From contig JBDNGV010000396.1 in NCBI GenBank assembly GCA_041689125.1, forward strand, positions 1 through 39,837: a DNA stretch of 39,837 nucleotides, given 5' to 3'. Positions 30,488-38,587 of the stretch are shown piece by piece (the first letter of the stretch is position 1; the number at the start of each line of letters is the position of its first letter). The stretch comes from Daejeonella sp. Lineage in GTDB: Bacteria; Bacteroidota; Bacteroidia; Sphingobacteriales; Sphingobacteriaceae. The position numbers were made by a program, and so were the translations under genes. The notes beneath the pieces were generated by a model. It made no database searches and was not told the DNA's origin. It saw nothing but the letters and a program-made list of their open reading frames with translations.

Positions 30488-30835
30488 ATGAAAACAATAT
30501 TCGCACTTAGCACAGCATTATTAATGACTTTATCTTTTAATACTCGGGCAGGAAATAAAGGCTCATATTTTACAAATGACCTGCCGAAATCAATGGTTGC
30601 AGTCGCTCCTTTTGTATGGGGAAGCCCGGAAGATCAAGCTCCTTAAGATCTTATATTTGTAAAGGCAAGATTTGCAAAGGTACCTTTAGCAACTTTTGTA
30701 TTAGGTAGTCCGGATGATATTATTGATTCTGCAAACTCAATTAAACGTGCAAGGAATCTGAATGTACCTGTGGCTCCATTTGTTTGGGGAAATTCGGATG
30801 AAGCTACATTCGTGATTTTGAAAACTGAAGAATAG
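30488..30835 (+). pseudogene. Small secreted protein with three APFVWGxPxD-type repeats, interrupted by one TAA (not in ORF track)
   Basis: MKTIFALSTALLMTLSFNTRA signal; VAPFVWGSPED, LATFVLGSPDD, VAPFVWGNSDE all in one frame; TAA at 30644. Confidence 0.75.
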
Positions 30836-30922
30836 GTTCTCGAATATTATTTTCCTCTGTTTTAACTGAGAATATTAATCAGATATTCTCCGTTTTTTAT
30901 TTTTCAGCAGATCAGATTTCTA

Positions 30923-31339
30923 CTAATTTTTGCTTGATTTTCTGCCTTGTAACCATCCAATCACAGCACCTGATAAAGCACCCACTAGGGACATGTAAAG
31001 TGCGTCTAATAAAGACAATGAAAGGGACATTAAATTGTACTGTTCGAAAAATACGAAGTTTGACCCACGGCTAAAAAGAAAGAACAATAATGCACCTTGG
31101 ATTGCACCCTGTACACCTGATTCAATTTTAGCTGTTTTCAGTAAATAAGCTAGAAGAATTCCCCCTATAATATTTCCTAAACCAATAGCCCAGATATCCA
31201 TAGGTTCTTTTATGAGCCCGGTGTAAGAGCTCATATTGGCGCTAAAATAATCCATCATCAATATTCCGTAAATTAAAAATCCTACTAGGAAGACTACGAT
31301 ACCTCCTGCGATTCCAATTAAAAATGTTTTTAAGTTTAT
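30923..31339 (-). CDS. Four-TM small membrane protein (DUF1761-like); apparent start codon is ATA
   Basis: Frame extends 26 codons upstream of the 31261 TTG, adding a TM helix (NLKTFLIGIAGGIVVFLVGFLIYG) that begins at ATA. Confidence 0.6.
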   Translation of the reverse strand: MNLKTFLIGIAGGIVVFLVGFLIYGILMMDYFSANMSSYTGLIKEPMDIWAIGLGNIIGGILLAYLLKTAKIESGVQGAIQGALLFFLFSRGSNFVFFEQYNLMSLSLSLLDALYMSLVGALSGAVIGWLQGRKSSKN

Positions 31340-31517
31340 GATGAGCTTAGTTTAAAGTTTTATAAAGAAATTTACTTTTAAAGCTTGACTTTCGAAAATT
31401 ATTTTTTCTAAAATGATTGTAATATGCTGTTTTTCAGCGGTGAGTAATTTTTAACTCTGTCGTTTTCAACCCAAATTAGCATAAAACCATTTCAAGAATA
31501 GTTTATATCTTTAAGGT

Positions 31518-31703
31518 ATGGAATGGATTTTAGTTAAAAATGAGTTGCCTCAGCAGGCAGTAGATGTGTTGCTATTTGATGGTGGGCAAATATACTTTGG
31601 TTATTACAGTGAAATTTATAATAAGTTTATTGTTGCCGAGGACAAAGTTTCGATTGAGGATTTTACACACTGGATGACATTGCCGGATTTCCCTAAAATT
31701 TGA
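31518..31703 (+). CDS. DUF551-like small protein
   Basis: MEWILVKNELP...VLL...THWMTLPDFP matches the WIxVxxxLP...THWMPLP pattern. Confidence 0.75.
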   Translation: MEWILVKNELPQQAVDVLLFDGGQIYFGYYSEIYNKFIVAEDKVSIEDFTHWMTLPDFPKI

Positions 31704-31750
31704 TCATTCCAATTATTCATTCAATGTATTGTTTATTTCAGTTAACAGTA

Positions 31751-31960
31751 CTATCGGTTTGATGGTCTGGCAGGCTGTTTGATTTCAGGAGGAGTTGAAG
31801 AAAGTTCACCATTCTCATCTACATAAGCAAGCATATCTTCTAGCTTTCCACCATTTGAATTTTGTTTGCGTTCAAGTTTACGTTGTTCTTTATCTTCTTT
31901 TTTCTTTGCTCTATTCTTTTCGAGCTGCTTCTTCATGAAGGTTGCTTGGGATTTTGCCAT
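31751..31960 (-). CDS. Small basic protein resembling the N-terminal extension of Bacteroidota cold-shock proteins
   Basis: MAKSQATF.KK..EK...LAYVDENG.LSSTPP; no RNP1/RNP2 cold-shock core. Confidence 0.7.
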   Translation of the reverse strand: MAKSQATFMKKQLEKNRAKKKEDKEQRKLERKQNSNGGKLEDMLAYVDENGELSSTPPEIKQPARPSNR

Positions 31961-32187
31961 GTCTGTAAATTATTTAATGAATACTACCCGGTTCAAATGT
32001 ATGCGGCCAGAAAGGCATTGAAAATTCAACAAAGGAATAGATCAGGATTATTCTGTTTAATTACAGTAATGAAATCAAGATCAGTCGAACTAACGAGCAG
32101 GTGTGAAAAGAATAGTTTATGCTTTTTTTACAAATTTACAAAAAAAAATGGTCAAAATGTTAAATTTCTATCTTTTGCCAAGCTTAC

Positions 32188-33527
32188 TTAAAAGGTACTC
32201 GAGTTTTTATAAATAAATATCGAGCTTGTTGGATGAATTTCAGTATTGAAATTAGGCACCGGAATTGAAATATAAAAGGTGCTACCCTTTCCAAGGGCGC
32301 TTTCAAACCAGATTCTGCCACCCTGCATGTCGTTAAATTCTTTACTTAAATTAAGTCCCAATCCAACACCTTTTTCGTTCTTTGTACCAAAAGAAGATTC
32401 TGCTTTTAGACTGAATATGGAATTTTTAATTTTATCTGACATTCCTATACCATTATCGCTATTTTGATTACATATTTTGGATAATTAGAGTCTACATCTA
32501 GTTTTATATTCCCTCCATTTGGGGTAAACTTGATCGCATTACTTAAAATATTACGAATGACAAGTTGTAACATATTTTCATCAGCCAAGACCTTTATTTC
32601 GGGGTCAATATCGAATGTTAATGCAATTTGTTTGGCATTAGCAATCGATTGAAAAACTTTGATTACAGGAATGAGGGTATTACTCAAATCAATCTGCTTT
32701 TTATTAGGAGTAATTCCATCCATTTGCGAAGTAGACCACATCAAAATATTGGATAACATATTATCCGTATTTTGGGTCATTTCTATTAGATCGTTTTGTA
32801 TTTCCTGCCAATTATCTTTTGCGGGATCAAGAAGTGAAAGTATTTCTAAATAACCTTTAACATTAGCCAGTGGAGCTCTCAGATCGTGAGAAACTATAGT
32901 AAATAATTTATTCTTTGTACTATTTATCCTTTCCAGATCAATAGCCTTAGCTTCAAGCAAACTTTGGCTTATGTTGTAATTCTTTTTTATGTATCTCAAA
33001 CCTATCAGAATGGTCAGAATACTTAATAAATAAGTACCAATCATATCCCCGAAACGAAACTCAAGCCCCATCTCAAGCTTATCAACCAATCCGGGGTTTA
33101 GATATTCGCTCAAAGGTAGACTGATAGCCACAACTAAATTAAAGCTTATAAAAAAACCAGTATTCTTTTGGCTTTGAGAGTGATATAACCAAAAAAAAAT
33201 CGCAACGAGTAATAATAAACTTGGTTCCTGAATTTCGGAATTGTAAAAATAGTTTATTATGATAATGATATGGATAATGAATATCGAGAGCAAAGGACTT
33301 ATTTGTGTCAGATGTCTGAATCTTGATAAGTAGTAAAGTGTAGATTGAGTAATTAAAGCTATAGCAGAAAGTAGTGCTGAGACTTGAAGACCTAAAAATA
33401 GATTCAGGGGAACCAAAATGGATAGTACAAAGAAAGCTACTAAACAAAAGGAATGAAATATTCTCGATTCCAATGAGAATTCATCATTTGCTCCTGTTAA
33501 ATAGTACCAATATTTATTAATTAACAA
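32188..33527 (-). pseudogene. Membrane sensor histidine kinase, frameshifted at the G1 box
   Basis: SHDLRAP and NILSNAIKFT in the upstream frame; SDNGIGMS, GVGLGL, GKGSTF in another frame; 1-nt loss near 32460. Confidence 0.85.
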
Positions 33528-33665
33528 ATGAATTGAGGTAGTTGCTGCATTAAACTGAATAAAAAAGATTCTGTGTTTGTTTTAGAATACAGGTTTACCA
33601 GAATATGCCTTTAAGGCACAGATAAAAATTCTTTTTTCGTATATTGAATTTTTTTTACACTTATC

Positions 33666-35117
33666 TTATTTACCCAGAATTTTTATAAGAGTTCCCGCTA
33701 AGACCTTGTCTGTCAATTGCATTCCGTTTAACAGGGAGATTTCTTCCTGCTTATTCTCCGGCATGTTGTAACTGCTCAGAGCCTGTCTGAGTGTTCCGCT
33801 TTGTTTAACTGCTTTAATTCTTATTCTTTCAGGCTGTTTATTAAGTTTGGAAGCGTCTTTTAATTCTTTAAAATTCTTCATTGATTGAAGAAAATACTGC
33901 GAATAATTATTAAAATCATTCATTGAACTGGCTCCAAGAATGAGGTAAATATTTTTATTGTATTCGATGAGATAGGATAAAGTTCTGACAGTGGACGCTT
34001 GTTGTTGTTGTTCTGCTTTCACATCTGCAATCATTGATATTGCATTCAATCCATTCACAGTGATTTGATTTGATTCGAGAACCTGAAGGTTATTTTTTTG
34101 CACCACATTACTAGCTGCTTCCTGAAGTGAATTACCACTTGCAAGTGTCATCATCAGCAGTGCTTTCCCATCTTTAGGTGCTAACTGCACCTTTTGCGGG
34201 GTGTTCTGGTAGTTCCATCCCTGAGGTGTTTGGAATTGAAATTTTAATTCGGGATGGTAAAATATGCTGTTTTCCAAATAACCTTGTTTGGGATCTTCCC
34301 CATAAATCAAACCTTCAATCTTTTTTAAATAACTATCTCTGTTAATTTTTGGATTGGTCAAGTTTAACTGCTTTTTCCAATCTGCAGATAATTTACTGAC
34401 AGCCGCATTCCTCGAACCGGGGTTAGGGTGAGTAGACAAAAAATCCGGCAATTCTGTACTTTCAGTTCTTGTTTTTTGTCTTTCAAGCGTATTGAAAAAA
34501 CCAGCCATTTCTTTGGCATCATAACCAATCTTTGATGAGTATTCTACCCCAAGCTCATCTGATTGACGCTCAGCATCCCGACCGAATTTCAGGAATAATA
34601 AGCCTAAGCCCTGAGATAAGGGTTCGGCAAACTCTGCAACCTGAGGAACCAGAATCATGCTGCCAATTAATCCTACCTGTCCAAGTATTGATTTGGTTTG
34701 TTGAGAAACTGAATGTCTAGCGGTAATATGTCCTATTTCATGTCCTAAAACACCTGCAAATTCAGCTTCATTATTGAAATGAGCCATAATACCTCTGGTG
34801 AAATAAACATATCCACCAGGGACAGCAAATGCGTTTATCACTTCTGAATCGACAATTTTAAATTCATATTTGAGTTCAGGCCTATGGGATACCGCAGCCA
34901 TTTCATTTCCTTTCTGAGTGATAAAATCCTGTAAGACTTTATTCTCATATAAACCATACTGAGCAACGATTTGTGGATCAGCAGCTGCACCCATGGCTAT
35001 TTCCTGGCTCTCCGACATCAGAACGATCTGTTTCTTTCCTGTTACCGGATTCACAGCACATCCGCTTGAAACTAAAAGGGCTACACTTAAGCAGACCAGA
35101 AGTAAATGATTTTTCAT
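33666..35117 (-). CDS. M48-family zinc metalloprotease lipoprotein (BepA/YfgC-like N-terminus)
   Basis: Lipobox SSGC, NAFAVPGG, HEIGH, E..SD..G, STHP. Confidence 0.92.
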   Translation of the reverse strand: MKNHLLLVCLSVALLVSSGCAVNPVTGKKQIVLMSESQEIAMGAAADPQIVAQYGLYENKVLQDFITQKGNEMAAVSHRPELKYEFKIVDSEVINAFAVPGGYVYFTRGIMAHFNNEAEFAGVLGHEIGHITARHSVSQQTKSILGQVGLIGSMILVPQVAEFAEPLSQGLGLLFLKFGRDAERQSDELGVEYSSKIGYDAKEMAGFFNTLERQKTRTESTELPDFLSTHPNPGSRNAAVSKLSADWKKQLNLTNPKINRDSYLKKIEGLIYGEDPKQGYLENSIFYHPELKFQFQTPQGWNYQNTPQKVQLAPKDGKALLMMTLASGNSLQEAASNVVQKNNLQVLESNQITVNGLNAISMIADVKAEQQQQASTVRTLSYLIEYNKNIYLILGASSMNDFNNYSQYFLQSMKNFKELKDASKLNKQPERIRIKAVKQSGTLRQALSSYNMPENKQEEISLLNGMQLTDKVLAGTLIKILGK

Positions 35118-35176
35118 ACCTTTTTTTTATGAGTTAAATCATTCAATATTCAAGCCAAAAATTTAAGAGTATTGAA

Positions 35177-35944
35177 TTATAATTCTCTTATCCAAATATT
35201 GCGAAAGCTTATGGGTTCACTTGGATCACCATGATCCTGCAATTTGATTGGTAATGGTCCGTGGTTTTTATAGAAAGGAGACCCGATATAAACAGTTTCG
35301 CCTTTGAGCTCAATGTTGTTTTGAATCAATATCCCGTTATGCAATACACTCACTTTTGCAGCAGATTTTAAACTACCATCTTCATTAAAAATCGGGGCCA
35401 GCCAAATAATATCATATGCTTGCCATTCTCCTGGTTTTTTGGATGCATTCACTAATGGTATAAATTGTTTGTAAATACTTCCTGCCTGACCATTGCTGTA
35501 GGTTATATTATTGTAAGAATCTAGGACTTGTAGTTCATATCCCTGATCTCCATTTCCCGTAGAACCCAGAAAAATCCCACTATTTCCTCTTGCCTGACCC
35601 GAGCCTGTAATGTTTTCAGGAATGAGCCATTCAATATGCATTTGATAATTTAAAAATGATCTTTTGGTTTGAATGTTTCCCGTCCCTTTTTTAACTGTGA
35701 ACTTTCCGTTAGCAACTATCCATTTTGCCGGAGATTGATCTTTAGCTGTTAGCCATTGATTCATATCACTTCCTTCGAATAGTATAATTGCATCTTCAGG
35801 TGCAGATAATGTAGTTTTCTGAGGACTTACTATTTTGGGTACGGGTGACCAAGCTTCTGTATCTTTTGGATTAGGACTCTGCTGGGCAAAACTGCTATTT
35901 ACTATTGCAGTTAAAATGGCGGTAATTAATGTAATTCTTTTCAT
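35177..35944 (-). CDS. DUF1080 (3-keto-disaccharide hydrolase family) secreted protein
   Basis: RGNSGIFL, YELQVLD, GEWQ, LQDHG, FRNIWIREL. Confidence 0.9.
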   Translation of the reverse strand: MKRITLITAILTAIVNSSFAQQSPNPKDTEAWSPVPKIVSPQKTTLSAPEDAIILFEGSDMNQWLTAKDQSPAKWIVANGKFTVKKGTGNIQTKRSFLNYQMHIEWLIPENITGSGQARGNSGIFLGSTGNGDQGYELQVLDSYNNITYSNGQAGSIYKQFIPLVNASKKPGEWQAYDIIWLAPIFNEDGSLKSAAKVSVLHNGILIQNNIELKGETVYIGSPFYKNHGPLPIKLQDHGDPSEPISFRNIWIREL

Positions 35945-36003
35945 ATGATCAAATGTTAAACAAGGTATGAATTTGTGTACCGAAATTAAACTATTTTTGC
36001 TAA

Positions 36004-36369
36004 ATGGGAATTATCAAACAAAAAGTCAGTTTGAAGGGAGTTCGTTTTTTTTCATTTCATGGATTTTATCCGGAAGAACAGATCCTTGGGACAGAATTTA
36101 TTCTCGATATAGATACAGAGCTAGAAGTATATGGTTCTGGTGGTGATGATATTTCCAATACAGTTAATTATGAGCGGTTGTTGCAAATCGCTTCTGAAGA
36201 AATGAATATGCCTCGTAAACTAATAGAAACGGTAGCACACAGTATGCTTGAGCGGATCAGGCATGAGTTTTTGGCTGTTCAGGATATTCGTATTTCCATC
36301 CGTAAAATGCATCCTCCAATGAGTGCCGAAATTGAAAACTCAAACATAGAACTTTTGTTTAGTAGATAA
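36004..36369 (+). CDS. folB: Dihydroneopterin aldolase
   Basis: FHG..PEE, TVNY, LIETVA, KMHPP. Confidence 0.92.
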   Translation: MGIIKQKVSLKGVRFFSFHGFYPEEQILGTEFILDIDTELEVYGSGGDDISNTVNYERLLQIASEEMNMPRKLIETVAHSMLERIRHEFLAVQDIRISIRKMHPPMSAEIENSNIELLFSR

Positions 36370-36370
36370 T

Positions 36371-37768
36371 ATGTCGTTTAATCGGATTAGTAATTCCATA
36401 TTGACTGAGATCTATGAAATAATAGGATCAGATAACGTTTATGTGGATCAGGATAAACTGGAAAAATATGCCCACGATGAAACTGAAGATCTAGTCTTTT
36501 TCCCGGAAGTAGTTGTAAGGCCTGATAGTAAAGAGCAAATTTCTCTTCTATTTAAATTATGCAATCGGCACATGATTCCTGTTACACCCAGAGGAGCCGG
36601 CACCGGACTAAGTGGAGGTGCATTGCCGGTCATGGGAGGGCTTTTGATCTCTATGGAAAGGTTTGATAAAATCATCGAAATAGATGAGCGAAATCTTCAG
36701 GCTACTCTTGAACCCGGGGTAATTACCGAAGTTTTTATGAATGCTGCAGCTGAAAAGGGACTGTTATATCCGGTAGATCCTTCTAGTAAAGGTTCTTGTT
36801 TTATTGGCGGCAATATCGCCCATGGCAGTGGCGGGCCAAGAGTCGTAAAGTACGGTACCATTAGAGAATATGTATTGAACCTTGAGGTGGTACTTCCTGA
36901 TGGTGAAATAATATGGACAGGGGCGAATACCCTTAAATATGCTTCGGGCTATAATCTCACGCAGTTGATGATTGGTTCCGAGGGTACACTTGGTATCATA
37001 ACCAAAGTAGTACTAAAGCTTATTTCACGTCCTACACAAAATCTGGTCATGCTTGCTTCTTTTCCGAGCAATGAACAGGCTTGCGAAGCTGTATCTGCGA
37101 TTTTTCGTACAGGAGTAACGCCTTCCACACTTGAGTTTATGGAGAGACGTGCGGTTGAATGGGTAATGGAGTATGATCATTTTCAGTTCGACCTTAAGGA
37201 TGAAGCTCAGGCTTTTTTGATGATAGAGGTCGACGGTAATGATATGGATGTACTTTTAGCTGAATGTGAAAAGATTAACGAAGTACTTGAGAATAATTCC
37301 TGTTCAGATGTGCTTTTTGCAGATACTGCGGCTCAAAAGGATGCGATCTGGAGATTGAGGCGCACCATGCCATTATCTGTAAAATCAAACTCAATTTATA
37401 AAGAGGAAGACACAGTGGTGCCAAGGGCAGAGCTTCCTAAATTAATCCAAGGAATAAAGGAAATAGGAACAAGATTTGGATTTCAGTCCATCTGTTATGG
37501 CCATGCAGGCGATGGAAATGTGCATGTTAATATTATTAAAGGTGAGATGTCTGATGATGCCTGGAATACAAAGCTTAAGGAGGGGATAAGGGAAATTTTT
37601 GAATTAACTGTTTCTCTTGGAGGTACCATATCCGGAGAGCATGGTATTGGTTCGGTACAGCGTGAGTTTATGGATATTAAGTACTCAAAAACTCACCTAA
37701 ACCTGATGCGTGGCATAAAATCAGTATTTGATCCAAATGGGATATTGAATCCAGGCAAAATATTCTGA
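36371..37768 (+). CDS. FAD-linked oxidase, GlcD/D-2-hydroxyacid dehydrogenase family
   Basis: PRGAGTGLSGG, GSEGTLG, GHAGDGNVH, GEHGIG, DPNGILNPGK. Confidence 0.92.
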   Translation: MSFNRISNSILTEIYEIIGSDNVYVDQDKLEKYAHDETEDLVFFPEVVVRPDSKEQISLLFKLCNRHMIPVTPRGAGTGLSGGALPVMGGLLISMERFDKIIEIDERNLQATLEPGVITEVFMNAAAEKGLLYPVDPSSKGSCFIGGNIAHGSGGPRVVKYGTIREYVLNLEVVLPDGEIIWTGANTLKYASGYNLTQLMIGSEGTLGIITKVVLKLISRPTQNLVMLASFPSNEQACEAVSAIFRTGVTPSTLEFMERRAVEWVMEYDHFQFDLKDEAQAFLMIEVDGNDMDVLLAECEKINEVLENNSCSDVLFADTAAQKDAIWRLRRTMPLSVKSNSIYKEEDTVVPRAELPKLIQGIKEIGTRFGFQSICYGHAGDGNVHVNIIKGEMSDDAWNTKLKEGIREIFELTVSLGGTISGEHGIGSVQREFMDIKYSKTHLNLMRGIKSVFDPNGILNPGKIF

Positions 37769-37796
37769 GTTTGCTGAAGTGAATTGTTCGCCAGTA

Positions 37797-38219
37797 TTAA
37801 ATAAGGTTAGATTTCATGCTATTCTCCATCATTAGACGTTGAAATTCAGGAATTTGAGTAGGTTTCTGCAAGATATAGTCAAATGAAACGCATAGAGTTT
37901 GTCCAGTAGTACATATTTCTTCACTACCATTAACAATCCTAACCAAAACGTAATCCAGTTCGAAACTACTATTGCCAATTTTCGAGGTTCTTACATAAGC
38001 ATATACCTCGTCAGCAAGTATTATTGGTTTAAGATAATCAACCACCGATTTTCTGATTATTATTCCGAATAATTTCCAGTCCCACTCAATAATTTCTGCC
38101 CAATAAGCTGACCTTGCTATCTCAAAATAAGTAAGATAAATCGCGTTATTTACATGTCCTAGAGCATCTATGTCTGCAAAACGTATAGGAATTTGAATCT
38201 TAAAATGAAATCCTTCCAT
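37797..38219 (-). CDS. Acyl-CoA thioesterase (4HBT/YbgC family)
   Basis: RFADIDALGHVNNAIYLTYFE. Confidence 0.92.
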   Translation of the reverse strand: MEGFHFKIQIPIRFADIDALGHVNNAIYLTYFEIARSAYWAEIIEWDWKLFGIIIRKSVVDYLKPIILADEVYAYVRTSKIGNSSFELDYVLVRIVNGSEEICTTGQTLCVSFDYILQKPTQIPEFQRLMMENSMKSNLI

Positions 38220-38305
38220 ATTAATAGTGACTTTTTGTCTGTAAAAAATTAATTTAAATGACAGTTTGTCTTATATTTTAGCTAGTTATTGTGCAATATG
38301 CAAAA

Positions 38306-38320
38306 TGGTATACACATTGT
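38306..38320 (+). promoter_or_regulatory. Candidate sigma54-type -24/-12 promoter
   Basis: TGGTATACACATTGT fits the spacing of TGGCACGnnnnTTGC, upstream of the hsp20 remnant. Confidence 0.45.
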
Positions 38321-38365
38321 CGAATAGTTTGAAATAACTATTTAAAAATTTAGGAGGATATCAAA

Positions 38366-38494
38366 ATGGCATTTGTAAAATTTGCAAACACAAACAAAGT
38401 ATTTAAACCAGCTTATAAGGACGGTATTTTATACATCAGTGTAGCAAAGAAAGAAGAAGCGAAGATCCAGTCACGAGAAATAGGAATCAGTTAA
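38366..38494 (+). pseudogene. Hsp20/alpha-crystallin gene with a large in-frame internal deletion (42 aa, not in ORF track)
   Basis: MAFVKFANTNKVFKP joined to AYKDGILYISVAKKEEAKIQSREIGIS (Y.DG.L...V.K plus terminal IxI). Confidence 0.8.
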
Positions 38495-38515
38495 ATTTGT
38501 TGAGTTTGGTGTTTC

Positions 38516-38543
38516 AAAAGGCAGGCGGATTCGTCTGCCTTTT
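38516..38543 (+). terminator. Rho-independent terminator
   Basis: AAAAGGCAGGCG-gatt-CGTCTGCCTTTT. Confidence 0.8.
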
Positions 38544-38587
38544 CTATTTAAATTGCGGTATAAGCTGTAAAATCATAATTTTACCAA

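Noticed and set aside
31862-32191. 109-aa plus-strand ORF
   Set aside because: Overlaps the better-supported basic protein on the opposite strand; low-complexity Phe/Leu shadow
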